NCBI RefSeq assembly: GCF_009914755.1
Contig: NC_060947.1
DNA length: 64,000 nucleotides
Source: the human T2T-CHM13v2.0 reference genome, Homo sapiens
Direction: 5' to 3' (one strand)
The notes under the pieces are model-generated. The model saw nothing but the letters and a program-made list of their open reading frames with translations. It was not told the DNA's origin and ran no database searches. The translations under genes and the position numbers were made by a program. Shown one piece after another: positions 39,711 through 54,166 of the stretch; within the stretch, counting starts at the first letter, position 1, and each line of letters opens with the position of its first letter.

Positions 39711-41597
39711 TTAATACATCTGAAGGTTACAAATAAAACATACATTTATCAGTTTTATTACAAAGATATATTATTAAAGCATGAATGGTTTTAACATGAA
39801 TTGTTTCTTCATTTATTCACGGTAGTTTATACTGCCATTGTAAATTTTAGAGTTTCCCTGCATTTTTTTTGCAAATATCATAGGAGCTATTATAGATATT
39901 TCATGTTCTATATCTGACTTACAGTTACCCAATTTTGATCATGACCAAGCAATAGGATCCTAAGGGTCCATTTGAAAGGATTTGGAGGAAATATAGCTTC
40001 ATGTTGCAATATAGTTTTGCACATTTGTGACTGATCACTGCAATCAGATAACCGTGCTATCTCATGTTAAGACTGTATAAATATATACTGTTTCACATAT
40101 TTTCATATAATCATTGCAAATTCTAAAAAAAAAACCACTTTAAATGATGTTTTAAATAATCCTGAGATTTGTTACTTGTACAGCCTCGTACTTCAGCTGA
40201 ACAAGTCGTGTATATATAGAGTGAATAGATCACCAGAAGCTCCTTCTGTGTCAATGCTCCTGGTAAATGTTTCAACTTGTATTCCCCAGAGGGAATCCTA
40301 GGAGATAATTTGGAGAGCGAAGCAAAAGTTATAACATTTGTTTTTCTCTATTTCTTTGATGCACTAAGAATTCATTTACTTTCTCCACAGACTGGTCTTC
40401 CTTTGCCAGCAAAGAAACTGCAAGTTATATTACTTTATAAAAAGGAACCATTAACCACATTAAAATGTTTCATGTCTCTAAAAACTGTGGTATGTAATTA
40501 CCTAAAACTGAGTTCTTTGAAGAAGGAAAGAAATAATACCAAATTTAGCTCTAATATGCCTGGCTATATGTCATATAAATTCTATTAAGTTAACTATATA
40601 TCCCCAGTTTTAAAACTATTAAGTGATTCACTCTTCGAAATATTTCCCCTATATTTACAACATAATTTAGAGTAGAATCGCCTTGTAATAATAAAATTAA
40701 AAACCCATATACTCGCCTCTTGGTAAACAGCAAATGCAGCAAGAATACAATAGTATGTATGAAAGCAGAGAACACATTTGCTTGTAATGTGGGTGGGACT
40801 GCCTCTTATAAGTAAGGTAATCATATTTGTTTATTTTCTTATCACTTTGTTATTGCTTCCATAATCACCGTGTAAGAAAGTGTAACAGCTTAAATCCTAT
40901 ATCTTTCAACCTCATTGGGTAAATATAGTCAAACTTTTAAAGAATGTGGCACAGAGTATCATACTAGGGAATTGCTGTAATCGTTGGAGTAGGGTCTTTG
41001 GCCATGTCAGTTCCCATAGTTATTTACTTAAAGTGAAATCATCTTTACACAGCAATTGCTATTTTCCAGAGATGGGCCACGTAAAATTGTCCACTCTAGG
41101 TGATTTAGGGACCATAATGAAGATTGGCATCATGGAAGGCAACAGGAAATGCACCCCTTTGAAGAGAATGTGGCTCCTGTGCAACAGTGAAAATGCAATA
41201 AGTACTGAATGCCAAGAGCAGGTGGCTGAGGATGGAGCAAAGTTCAAAAATTCACGTCTATTCTCAATGGCGAGTGGAATGGCCTTTTTTATTTTTTCTG
41301 AATGAATCACCCAAGGCCTCACTTTTTTTTTTTAAAAAAAAGCCTGATAACTTATATTGCTCAAAAGAGAAAATGTAAGAATGTAAGTCATTAATTTAAA
41401 TTCCTGATTTCTCCTTGCTTCATTATAATAAAGCAGATGAATGTGGTCACCACAATTGATGATCAGGAAGAATTTGAAAATAATGCATGTTGATGTCCTA
41501 ATATTGTCTTTCTCACTAACTCTTATGATTGAGAATATATTTCTTTATTTCATTTAACTAATTTGGAAAAACGAAATCTAGTCTTTCTTTTACCCTG

Positions 41598-41956
41598 TGC
41601 TATGGTCAGAATGTTTGTTCCTACCAAAATTCATGTTAAAATCCTCACCCCTAAGGTGATAGTATTAGGAAGTGGGGCCTTTGGGAGGTGATTAGGTCAT
41701 AGGAGTGGAGTCCTCATGCATAGGATTAGTGCCCATATAAAGGAAGCCTGAGAGAGTCCCCTCACCTCTTCCACCAAGTCAGGACACAGCAAAGAGCCTT
41801 CTATGAACAGAAAGCAGGCCATTCCTAGACAATGAATCTGTCAGAACTTTGATATTGGACTTCCCAGACTCAAGAACTGTGAGAAATAAATCTCTGTTGT
41901 TTATAAGATATCTAGTTTATGGTATTTTGTTATAGGAGGCTAAACAAATTAAGATA
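41598..41956 (+). mobile_element. MLT1A0-like MaLR solo LTR
   Basis: tgctatggtcagaatgtttg...ggggcctttgggaggtgattaggtcat...gaactgtgagaaataaa, with a 5-bp TSD ccctg at 41593-41597 and 41957-41961. Confidence 0.9.
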
Positions 41957-44370
41957 CCCTGTATTACTTGTATCGATCTCATTAAGTATAAATCTATTTT
42001 AATTTATTATGTATCTTTTCAGTGTTATGTCTGTTTTTTTATACCTAAGAGAATTGAATATATTGAAAGTTAATTTTTTAGGATATATTTTATTTTATGT
42101 TTTACCTGCAGATAAAATTTTGGTCATAGGCAATGAATGTAGGAATAAAGCAAAACGCATGCAGGATGGAGGAAGGAAGAAATTTTGGGCATATTTAGGA
42201 TGTAGAATGGACAATAATTGGTGACGTCTATGGGGCCAAAGCCAAGGACCCACAAGAAATGAAAAACAGAAAGTGCAGAAGACTGAGGGAAGGGCAATAT
42301 GGACTTTGGTTTCGGATATGTTGATTTTGAAATGTCTATAAGCAAACAGTTGTAGATCTGGAATGGATTCCATAGCTAAAAAAATTATAGGTCTAAATCT
42401 CAGAAGAGACATCTAACTGCACTGAAGGTAAATAATCATTAGATACAGATGGTCATTGATGTCATGGAGTAAAGATTCTAGAGACTCTTATTTTACACAT
42501 TTATCCATTTCATCAACAAATAATCTTGAGTGCCTATGATGTACCACACACATAATGGTGAAAAGAGAATAGAACTCCTGTTACTGAAAACACAAAGATG
42601 TTGAATCTGTGCATTCATCTAATGTAGAATCTACATTTTTGGCTATTGTCAGATCCTTTTAGGTCATAAATGGATACTTTTTAGACTTTTTTGAAAAATG
42701 TTATAATATTTCTGGTAAGTTTTTTGATTTTTTTTTTTTGCTTAGGTAGACTTTGTGCTAGCCTAGAAACTTGATTATTACATATTTCTTTGCCCATAAT
42801 AACCCGGTTTGTACTGTGACTTAAATTACTTTATTTCTCCTAGTGCTAAAGTTACCAATGACACAACCTGGGTAGTCACAGACAAGAAAAACTCCTCTAC
42901 CTATCATGCTCACAGATAGAGACAAAAATATGATCTTGGACAAACAATAATATTTTATTCCACCTCTGTTAGTTTCTTTTATTTTCTTTTAGCATCTAGA
43001 ATTTGAGATCTGTAGGTTCTCATATTTATCTATTATAAATTCTTCTCATAAGGAACTTGCTTATAGGAAGTTTCTATTTCAGGCTATATAATCTCAATAA
43101 GGCAAGGACATTTATGGTTTCATCAATTCTCACTAATCTGCAGTCCTTCAGCCTTACAATCTGATTCTTGTGAAAAGCTGTCATCAGAAGGCAGTATCTA
43201 TAGTGTACATTTTCCCTGTAAATTAATTGTGACACATTGAGTGGCGGTTCCTCATGCCTGGGGGAGGCGTGGCTATTTTTTCATCTAATTTCATTTATGT
43301 TTTTTTTTGTGCCAAACTGCCTTTTGTTAGAAAAAATATATATATTCAACTTGATTAATTTGGGGGAGGATAAACATGCATTATTTTGTGTATGAGTTAT
43401 CTTCATATTTTGGAGTGTGCAGAAGTGATTGGCTATTTTTGATGACCACTAATACAGTAAAATTTGGTATCTCATTATTTAAATTTATTGATCAGAAGGA
43501 AAGAAAGAGCACTGTGAGAACTGACTGTAATGAAAAGTCTATAAGGTACTACCTTAGCTTAAAACATCTAAATAGATTTCTCACAACAATTAAGGGTAAA
43601 TATGTCCCTTGGTACATGCACACAATGAACAGCTTGGATTGTTGTATTTAATTTCTTACACAGTATGATAAAAGCAAACTAGTGGAATTTAAACTTTAGT
43701 TTAAAGCAAAGTTCATGTCTCTATGATAAAATTCAGTGAATCAAAAGCCAGTGTTTTCAGCCGACCTAATATCTCATTTATTTTGTGACACAATAGATTT
43801 GATTGGCTCTGCCATTTGAGATATACAGGGCTAGAAATAAACTAAAGTATGTGTAATTCAGCAGCTGCAAGCATATGATATCTAACTATCTCTTCATCAT
43901 TGCATTTTAGGTTTTGTACATGGTAACTAGATCTTACTATAGCAAGCAAACACCACTATTACCTAAGAGCATCATATAAGATAGAATACTATAGGTAGTT
44001 TATTCCACTGTGGGTAGAAGCATTTGATGCTTCTGTTAACTTTATAAGTGTCCCTTAAAACACAATATTGACCCATGAAAATAATAGTAATTTTAGTCCT
44101 CCTCAGTGCCTTGTACCAAATACTTATTTAATATGCCTTTTCAAATGAGTTGTCTGTAACAGCAAACAAATCTATGTGACTAAGCATAAATTAATCTCTC
44201 CATCAAGTTTTATTGTTAGCATCCTTATTTTCTCACTCTTTAGGCAACTATTTTTAAAATAAATTATCTGAATATAAAAGATCTGAAGTGTAAGTTTTAC
44301 AAAGCTTAAGATACAACATTTCAAAACTATTAATTCCTATTGTTTCCTTATTTTAGAAGTACTTGTAGGG

Positions 44371-44475
44371 TATTTTATACTTTATACTTTGTAAAGTGCT
44401 TTATACTTTACACATTGTATACAGTACTTTATACTTTATACTTTGTATACAGTGCTTTATACTTTGTAAAAGTGA
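44371..44475. repeat. Degenerate minisatellite built from tacttta / tactttgta...agtgcttta units
   Basis: Read directly from the sequence. Confidence 0.75.
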
Positions 44476-45841
44476 AATACAGCTTTATTTCTTGCTTTTC
44501 TGATGTTACTGTTCCCTTACATTTAAAAATCATTTTAGGGTGATAGCATCATTCGCATTTCTACAGCGTTTGAAACACTGGAACATTTTAACGCGCAAAA
44601 TATTTTGAATTTGTGATGTATATTGCACAGGAGATAAATAAATAGAACATTATTTTCTCGAAATTGGTCCTATCTAAATTTGATATGCATAACTCAAATG
44701 ATCAATTATAATATGTGGGGATTCTTTAAAACATTGCAGGGAAAATATTGGAGATCAGCCAACTCAAAACAATGTTTTAGATCTCTAGAGTAGAAATGCA
44801 TTTCTTCCCTTCATTTGTAAGTTTTCTAGATATCATCAAAAACTGCTCATTTAGCTTTTTTGTCAAAGTTGTCTTTTACTACATCATACATATTTAAAAA
44901 GACATTGCATACAACTAAATCTACTTAGTGTCTATATGCTGCAGGCACTATTCTGGGCACTGCAGGTCTTCATTAGCTCACTAAGGTGTCATTCATTTTA
45001 AAACCAAGAAAAAAAATCAGTAAAAAGTAAATATTTTGCTGTTTGGCTCCCAGATTTCCAAAACTGCTGGAAAATATATTTCTTAAAATGGCCTGTGTTG
45101 GGCCACTACAAATTCATACTTCTAACTGTATCAGGGCTCTTGGCACCTCTGGGCAGTATTTTTTTTTTAATTAAATCTCTTATTATTTCTTAACACATTA
45201 TCCAAAGAAGCTGATTTATTTATTTATTTTATTCATTTGAAACTCTTAGTCCCATGTTACGTCACTCACAATTTGCCAGGTATTATCTCAATTACTGTTT
45301 ATTTAGGAGATTGAGATAATTAAACCAGTTTTTTTCACCTTCTCTTGTCTATACTTTTCAGAATATTTCTGAATCTTTCCTTTCACTGTCTTTATTTTGG
45401 TTACTGTCTTTGAGAAAGAAGTATATCTCTCCTTTCAATTCCCCCTGTTTGCATCTTTAAGTTATTTCTCTATTTGGTCTTCCTATATCTCTCCACATGA
45501 TCAGGTCTTTATTATTTTAAAAGACAAATAATTCTAAACATCCTAAGCCCTACTTTTTCTTCAGACATTTGCTGAAACTCTTCACTTCCTTTTCCCTCCA
45601 AACAATTTAAAAGATAATTTTATAACTGCTGTCATAACACATCAGCTCTTTAACTTCTTGCAACTAAGAATTATCTTTTCCAATTTTATATCCTTAAAGA
45701 AAACCAATGATGACCAAACTCAGGTGACATTTCTCAGTCCATAGCTTTTTGAAAATCCCTGATTCATTAGATTTTTTTTTACTATCCCCGTTTTACAAAT
45801 GCTCTCTTCTCTCTGATAACTTGTAATATGCCACTGTTAGC

Positions 45842-48364
45842 TTTTAAAAGATTTGTTGTGAAATACAGATAACATAAAACTTACCATTGTAGTAGTTTTT
45901 AAGTATACAGTTCAATGGCATTAAGTACATCACATTGTTTTGCAGCCATCACCATCATCCATCTCCAGAGCTGTTTTCATGTTACAAAAGTGAAACTCTT
46001 TACCCATGAAACAGTGATGCCCCATTCCTCCTGGTACCCAAGCCACTGGCAAGCACCATTTTACTTTACGTTTGTATTAATTTGGCTATTCTTGTTACCG
46101 TGTATAAGTGGACTCATGTACTATTTGTCTTTTTTTGGGTTATTTAACTTAGCATAATATTCTCAAGGTACACCCACATTGTAGCATGTGTCAAAAATAC
46201 CTTCCGTTTTAAAGTGTATACCACATTTCGTTTATCCACTTATCTGTCACTGGATATTTGGGTGGCTTTTACCTTTTGTCTACTCTGAAAATTTCTGCTA
46301 TGAACAAGGGAGTACACTTGAATCTTAGAGACCCTGCTTCTGTGTGTTCATATCTAGACATAGAATTTCTGGATCATATGGTAATTCTACATTAAATTAT
46401 TTGAGAAATCGCTACACTGTTTTCTATTGAGGCTGTACCATTTTATATTTCTACCAACAGTTTACAGGATTTCACTTTCTTCACATCCTCATCAACATTT
46501 GTTATTTTATGTTTTGATAGTAGCCATTCTAATGGGTGTGAAGTGATATCTCAATATAGTTTTGTTTTTCCCTAATTATTAGTTATGCTGAGTATCTTTT
46601 CGTGTGCATACTGGTCATATGTTCATCTTCCTTGGAAAATGGCTATTCAAGTCCTTTGCCCATTTTTTAAAGGAGTTATTTATTTACTTATTTATTATTT
46701 TTGATGTTGAGTTGTATGAGTTCTTTAGATGTTTTGGATATTAACCATATACCAGATGTAGGGTTTGAAAATATTTTTTCCACCCTGTAGGTTGCATTTT
46801 CATTCTGATGATTGTGTTTTTTGACTCATGAAAGTTTTAAATTTTGTGTAGTCAAATGTATCTATTTTTTCTTTTATTTCTATATTTTTGTCGTTATTTC
46901 TAAGAACTCATTGCCAAACCCAATGTCATGAAGTTTTTTCTCTCTGTTTTCTTCTAATAATTTTATAGTTTTAGGTCCTACATTTATGTTATTGCATTTT
47001 GAGTTTTTCTGTATGTGTTGTAAGGAAAGGGTCCACCTTCATTCATTTGCATGTGAGTATCAAGGTTTCCAATATCATTGGTTGAAAAGACTGTTCTTTT
47101 CTGATTAAATGGTTTTGGCATTCTTGATAAAAATCATTTGAGCCTTTGTTTTTAGGTTCCCTATCATGTGAACCTTTAATTTTAGGTTCTCTAATCTATT
47201 TTTTTTGGTCTATTTATCTGTCTTTATTCTAGTACCATACCATTTTGATTATTGTAGATTTGTAGTAAGTTTACAAGTAACTTAAATGTGAGACTTTTTA
47301 CTTTATTCTTCTTTTCAAGATTGTTTTCACTATTGCAGGTCTCTTGAAATTCCATATGTTTTTTGGATGGATTTTTCCATTTCTCTAAAAAACACCTTTT
47401 AGATTTTGATAGATATTACACTAAATATGTAGATCTCTTTGGGAAGTGTTGAACCATGTACAATATTAAGTATTCTAATCCATGAACATAGAATAGCTTT
47501 CTACTTATTTGTGTGTTCTTTCATCTGTTTCAGCAAAATTTTGTAGTTTTCAGCGTATACCTTTCCCCTCTTTGGTTAGGTTTATACATACATATATTCT
47601 TGTTTTGATACTATTGTAAACAGAAATGTTTTCCTAATTTTATTTTCATATTGTTCATTGTTAGTGTTTAGAAACCTAACTGATTTTTAGGTTCTGATTT
47701 TGTATCCTGCAACTCTGCTGATTTTACTTATTAGTTCTAACAGGTTTTTTTTTTTTGAATAATCTTTAGGATTTTATACATCTAATATCATGCCATCTAA
47801 AAACAGAGATAAACTTACTTCTTCCTTTCCAATTTAGATGACTTTCACTCTTTTTTCTTGCCTCATTGCTCTGGCTAGTACTTCCAGTAGTATATTGAAT
47901 ACAAGTGGTGGAAGCAGTTATCCTTATCTTATTCCTGATCTCAGAGGGAAATCTTACAGACAGTCACCATTGAATATGATATTAGCTGCAGGCTTTTCAT
48001 ATATGATATAATGTTAAAATAGTTTCCTTGTATTTGTACTTGGTTTAATGTGTTTTTTTTAAAATCATAAAAGAGCATTGAAATTCGTCAAATGTTTTTC
48101 TTCATCCATTGATATGATGAGGTATGTTTTTCCCTTCATTCTGTTAGGTGGTATAGTACAGTCATTGATTTTTGTATGTTGAACTGTCTTTGCATTTCTT
48201 CTCAGAATAATTACTACTCAGTCTTGGTGTGTAACCTTTTTAATATATTGTCGAATTCTGTTTTAAAGTATTTTGTTGTGGATTTTCATTAGAGATATTG
48301 ATGTGTAGTTTTCTTATAGTGTCTTAGTCTAGCTTTGGAATCATGGTAATGCTTTCCTCATATA
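45842..48364 (-). mobile_element. L1MB-type element, 3' UTR and degenerate ORF2
   Basis: aagtatacagttcaatggcattaagtacatcacattg is an antisense L1MB 3' end, followed by antisense ORF2-like sequence up to ggtaatgctttcctcata. Confidence 0.88.
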
Positions 48365-48959
48365 ATAGTCATGTGCTACTTAACAATGGCAATATGTTCT
48401 GAGAAATGCCTTGTTAGGGGATTTTGTGACTGTGCAAACATCATAGAGTGTACTTACATGAACTTACACTCTATAGCCTATTACATACTTAGGCTATATG
48501 GCATAGCCTATTGTTCCTAGGCTACAAACCTGTACAGCATGTTACTGTACTGAATACTGTAGGCAATGGTAACACAAAGGTAAGTATTTGTGTATCTAAA
48601 CATAGAAAAGGTAGCGTAAAAATAGTACAAAAATAGAAAATGCTACATTTGTATAGGGCACTAAACATGAGTAGAGTTTGCAGGACTGGAAGTTGCTCTG
48701 GATGAGTCAGTGAATAAATGGTGAGTGAATGTGAAGTCCTAGGCCATTACTTTACACTACTGTGTACTTTATAAACATGTACCAGGCTAATACTAAATTT
48801 ATGAAAGAATATTTTTATTTCTTCAGTAATAAATGAACCTTAGCTTTCTATGACTCTTTTACCTCGTAAACTTTTATTTTTTTCTAACTTTTGACTCTGT
48901 TGTAATAGCACTTAGCTTAAGCCAAAAACACATTTTATAGCTCAAATCGTTTTCTCTTT

Positions 48960-49140
48960 GCTGGGCACAGTGGTGGGCACCTGTAATTCCAGCTACTTGA
49001 GAGGCTGAGACGGGGATTCCTTGAGTCCGGGCTGTAGTGCACTAAAAAGACTGCAAGATTGCACCTGTGAATAGACACTCCACTCCAGCCTGGGAAACAT
49101 AAGAAGACCCTTTCTACAAAAAAAAAAAAAAAAAAAAAAA
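48960..49140 (+). mobile_element. FAM-like free Alu monomer
   Basis: ggctgtagtgcacta...gcacctgtgaatagacactccactccagcctgggaaacata followed by an A-tail. Confidence 0.8.
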
Positions 49141-49591
49141 ATTTCTTTCTTTATATTCTTATGCTTTGGGCTTTTTCTATTTTTTTCTATATTTTAAACT
49201 TTTTAAATCTTTCTGTTAATAACTAATGCACAAACATTAGCATAGGCTTGCATAGCGTCAAAATAATCAATATCGCTCTTTTCACCTCCACATCTTGTCC
49301 TTGTCCTACTGGGAGGTTTTCAGGGACAGTAACATGCACAGAGCTGTCTTCTCCTATGATAACAATGTCTTCTTTTGAAATACCTCCTGAAAGATCTGCT
49401 TGAGGCTGTTTTGTAGTTAACTTTTCTTTTTTCAATAAGTAGAAGGAATATATTCTAAAATAACAATTAAAGGTATAGTATAGAAAATATATAAACCAAT
49501 AACATAGTTATTTATTATCATTATCAAGTATTATGTACTGTACATAATTGTATGTGTTATACTTTTATACCACTGGCAGTGCAGTAGGTTT

Positions 49592-49745
49592 TTGCTGTTG
49601 TTGTTGTTGTATTGTTTTTTTAAAAAGTAAAGACAGGGTCACACCATGTTGCCTTGGCTGGTCTGGAACTCCTGGACTCAAGCAATCATCCTTTCTCAGC
49701 CTTCCAAAGTGCTGGGATTACAGGTGTGAACCACCACACCTGGCC
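49592..49745 (-). mobile_element. FLAM_C-like Alu left monomer
   Basis: Monomer ending ccaccacacctggcc, with TSD agtaggttt on both sides. Confidence 0.85.
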
Positions 49746-49834
49746 AGTAGGTTTGTTTATACCAGGATTGCCACAAACACATGAGTAATGCATTGTGCTA
49801 TGATGTTACAATGGCTATGATATCATTAGGTTTT

Positions 49835-52800
49835 AGCTCTTATTATTTTGAGATATGTTCAATCAATACCTAGTTTATTAAGAGTTTTTAGCATGAAGGG
49901 ATGTTGAATTTTATCAAAGACCTTTCTGCATCTATTGAGATAATCATGTGGTTTTTGTCATTGGTTCTGTTTATGTGATGGATTACATTTATTGATTTGC
50001 ATATGTTGAACCAGCCTTGCATCCCAGGGATGAAGCTGACTTGATCATGGTGGATAAGCTTTTTGATGTGTTGCTGGATTTGGTTTTCCAGTATTTTATT
50101 GAGGATTTTCGCATGGACGTTCATCAGGGTTACTGGCCTGACACTTTCTTTTTTTGTTGTGCCTCTGCCAGGTTTTGGTAACAGGATGATGCTGGTCTCA
50201 TAAAATGAGTTAGGGAGGAGTCCCTCTTTTACTATTGTTTGGAATAATTTCAGAAGGAATGGTAGTGGTTCCTTTTTGTACCTCTGGGAGAATTCGGCTA
50301 TGAATCCATCTGGTCCTGGGATTTTTGTTTTGGTTCATAGGCTATTAATTACTGCCTCAATTTCAGAACTCGTTGTTGGTCTCTTCAGGGATTCGACTTC
50401 TTCCTGGTTTAGTCTTGGGAGGGTGTATGTGTCCAGTAATTTATCCATTTCTTCTAGATTTTCTGGTTTATTTGCACAGACATGTTTATAGTATTCTCTG
50501 ATGGTAGTTTGTATTTCTGTGGGATCAGTGGTGCTATTCTCTTTATCATTTTTTATTATGTCTACCTGATTCTTCTCTCTTTTCTTCCTTACTAGTCTAG
50601 CTAGCAGTCTATCTGTTTTTTAAAAAAATCTTTTCATAAAACCGGTTCCTGGATTCACTGATTTTTTTGAAGGGTTTTTTGTGTCTCTATCTCCTTCAGT
50701 TCTGGTCTGATCTTAGTTATTTCTTGTCTTCTGCTAGCTTTTGAATTTGTTTGCTCTGGTTCTCTAGTTCTTTTAATTCTGATGTTCAGGTGTTGATTTC
50801 AGCTTTCTTTCCAGCTCTCTGTTGTGGGCATTTAGTGCTATAAATTTCCCTTTTAACACTGCTTTAGCTGTGTCCCGGAGATTCTGGTATGTTGTCTCTT
50901 TGTTCTCATTGGTTTCAAAGAACTTATTTATTTCTGCCTTAATTTTGTTATTTACCCAATAATCATTCAGGAGCAGGTTGTTCAATTTCCATGTAGTGAT
51001 GTGGTTTTGAGTGAGTTTCTTAATCCTGATTTCTAATTTGATTGCACTGTGGTCTGAGAGACTGTTTGTTATGATTTCCACTCTTTTGCATTTGCTGAGG
51101 AGTTTTTTACTTCCAATTGTGTGGTCAGTTTTAGAATAAGTGCTATGTATGTGCTGAGAAGAATGTATATTCTGTTGATTTAGGATGGGGAGTTCTGTAG
51201 ATGTCTATTAGGTCTGCTTGGTCCAGAGCCGAGTTCAAGTCCTGAATACTTTGTTAATTTTGTGTCTTGTTGATTTGTCTGATATTGACAGTGGGGTGTT
51301 AAAGTCTCCCACTATTATTGTATCGGAGTCTAAGTCTCTTTCTAAGTCTCTAAGAACTTGCTTTATGAATCTGGTTCTCCTGTATTGGGTGCATTTATAT
51401 TTAGGATAGTTAACTCTTCTTGTTGCATTGATCCCTTTACCATTATGTAATGCCCTTCTTTGTCTTTTCTTGACCTTTGTTGGTTTAAAGTCTGTTTTAT
51501 CAGAGTCTAGAATTGCAACCCCTGCTTTTTTTCTTTCTTTCCATTTGCTTGGTAAATCTTCTTCCATCTGTTTATTTTGAGCCCCTGTGTATCTTTGCAC
51601 GTGAGATGGGTCTCTTGAATACAGCACACCAATGGGTCTTGACTCTTAATCCAATTTGCCAGTCTGTGTCTTTTAATTGGGGCATTTAACCCATTTACAT
51701 TTAAGGTTAATGCTGTTATGTGTGAATTTGATCCTGTCATTATGATCCTGGCAGGTTATTTTGCACAATAGTTGATGCAGTTTCTCCATAGTGTCATTGG
51801 TCTTTCTGTTTTGGTGTGTTTTTGCAGTGGCTGGTACTGGTTTTTCCTTTCAATATTTAATGCTTCCTTCAGGAGCTCTTGTAAGGCAGGCCTGGTGGTG
51901 ACAAAATCCCTCAGCATTTGCCTGTCTGTAAAGGATTTCATTTCTCTTTCACTTTTGAAGCTTAGTTTGGCTGGATATGAAATTCTGCATTGAAAATTCT
52001 TTTCTTTAAGAATGTTGAATATTGGCCCCCACCCTCTTCTAGCTTGTAAGGTTTCTGCAGAGATCCACTGTTAGTCTGATGGACTTCCCTTTGTAGGTAA
52101 CCTACCTTTCTCTCTGGTTGCTCTTAACATTTTTTCCTTCATTTCAGCCTTGGAGAATCTGATGATTATGTGTCTTGGGGTTGCTTTTCTCAAGAATTAT
52201 CTTACTGGTGTTCTCTGTAGTTCCTGAATTTGAATGTTGGCCTGTCTTGCTAGGTTGGTGAAGTTCTCCTGGATAATATCCTGAAGTGTGTTTCCCAACT
52301 TGGTTCCATTTTCCCCATCACTTTCAGGTAAACCAATTCATCATAGGTTTGGTCTTTTCACATAGTCCTGTATTTCTTAGAGGCTTTGTTTGTTCCTTTT
52401 CATTCTTTTTTCTCTAATCTTGTCTTCACACCTTATTTCAGTAAGTTGATCTTTAATCTCAGATATCCGTTCTTCCACTTTATCAGCTTGGCTATTGATA
52501 CTTGTGTATGGTTCACAAAGTTCTCGTGCTGTGTTTTTCAGCTCCATAACGTCATTTATGTTTCTCTCTAAACTCGTTACTCTAGTTAGCACTTCCTGTA
52601 ACCTTTTATCAAGGTTCTTAGCTTCCTTGCATTGGCTTAAAACACACTCCTTTAACTCAGAGGAGTTTGCTGTTACCTACCTTCCGAAACCTACTTCTGT
52701 CAATTTGTCAGTCTCATTCTCCATCCAGTTTTGTGCCCTTGCTGGAGAGGAGTTGCGATCATTTGGAGGAGAAGAAGCATTCTGGTATTTGGAATTTTCA

Positions 52801-54166
52801 GCGTTTCTGTGCTGGTTTTTCCTCACCTTCATGGATTTATCTACCTTTGATCTTTGAGGCTGATGAACTTTGGATGGGGCTTTTGCGTGGGGGTCCTTTA
52901 TGTTGATTTTGATGTTGTTGCTTTCTGTTTGTTAGTTTTTCTTCTAACAAGCAGGCCTGTCTGCTGCAGGTCTGCTGTAGTTTGCTGGAGGTCCACTCCA
53001 GACCCTGTTCGCCTGGGTATCACCAGTGGAGGCTGTAGAACAGCAAAGATTGTTGCCTGCTCCTTCCTCTGGAAGCTTCGTCCCAGAGGGGCACCAGCCT
53101 GATGCCAGCTGGAGATCTCCTGTATGAGATGTCTGTCAACCCCTATTGGGAGGTCTCTCCCAGTCAGGAGGCACTGGGGTCAGGGACCTACTTGAGGAGG
53201 CCATCTGTCCCTTACCAGAGCTGGTGTGCTGTGCTGGGAGAATCCCTTTTTATCAGGATCAGCTGCTCTCTTCAGAGCCAGCAGGCAGGAATGATGATAT
53301 CTGCTGAAGCTGCACCCACAGCCTCCCCTTCCCTCAGGTGCTCTGTCCCAGGGAAATGGGGGTTTTGTCTGTAAGTTCCTGACTGGGGCTGTTGCCTTTC
53401 CTTCAGAGATGCCCTGCCCAGTGACGAGGAATCTAGAGAAGCAGTCTGGCCACAGCCGCTTTGCTGCACTGTGGTGAATTTGCCCAGTCCACACCTCCCA
53501 GCCTCCTTAGCACTGTCAGGGGAAAATTGCCTTATAAAGCCTCAGTAATGGCGGATGCCCCTCTCCCCACCAAGCTCGATCATCTCAGGTCAACTTCAGA
53601 CTGCTGTGCTGGCAGTGAGAATTTCAAGCCAGTGATTTTTAGCTTGCTGGGCTCCGTGGGAGTGGGATCTGCTGAGTGAGACCACTTGGCTCCCTGGCTT
53701 CAGCTCCCTTTCCAGGGGAGTGAATGGTTCTGTCTTGCTGGGGTTCCAGGTGCCACTGGGGTAGGAAAAAGACTCTTGCAGCTAGGTCGGTGTCTGCCCA
53801 AACAGCCACCCAATTTTTGGCTTGAAACCCAGGGCCCTGGTGGTATAGGCACAGGAGGGAATCTCCCGATCTGCAGATTGCAAAAACTATGGGAAAAGTG
53901 TAGTAACATGGCCGTGTAGCACAGTCCCTCATGGCTTCCCTTGGCTAGGGGAGGAAGGTCCCCCAGCTTCATGTACTTCCCAGGTGAAGCGATGCCCCAC
54001 CCTGCTTCTGCTCACCCTCCGTGGGTTGGACTTACTGCCTAACCAGTTCCAATGAGATGAACTGGGTACCTCAGTTGGAAATGACAAAATCACCTTCCTT
54101 CTGTGTTGGTCTCGCTGGGAGCTGTACATAGGAGCTGTGCCTATTTGGCCACCTTGGCCCCTCTCC
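49835..54166 (-). mobile_element. L1PA7/8-like element with 5' UTR, disrupted ORF1 and ORF2 5' part; 3' end missing
   Basis: The 5' end (reverse complement) is ggagaggggccaaggtggccaaatagg. The ORF1 start is mutated to GTG at 52826. ORF2 starts MTGSNSHIT at 51740. Endonuclease and RT fragments appear in ORFs 51507, 51235, 50773 and 49888, broken by frameshifts. Confidence 0.95.

Larger units (their letters stand above)
48366..49835 (+). mobile_element. Tigger3b/MER7-type DNA transposon lacking its right end, carrying two Alu monomers
   Basis: Starts tagtcatgtgctacttaacaatggcaatatgttctgagaaatgc. Internal ctaggctacaaacctgtacagcatgttactgtactgaatactgtaggcaa. The strand label follows my recalled consensus. 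Confidence 0.85.

Noticed and set aside
40946-41322. Overlapping 119-aa and 87-aa ORFs in a slightly GC-richer patch
   Set aside because: Non-ATG starts and no recognisable homology. A non-coding element cannot be excluded, but nothing supports one.
44371-44475. CRISPR-like or other repeat-spacer array
   Set aside because: A low-complexity slippage repeat with no unique spacers, in a human genomic context.
49835-54166. Active or coding-competent L1
   Set aside because: The ORF1 start is mutated, there are multiple frameshifts, and the 3' end is missing.
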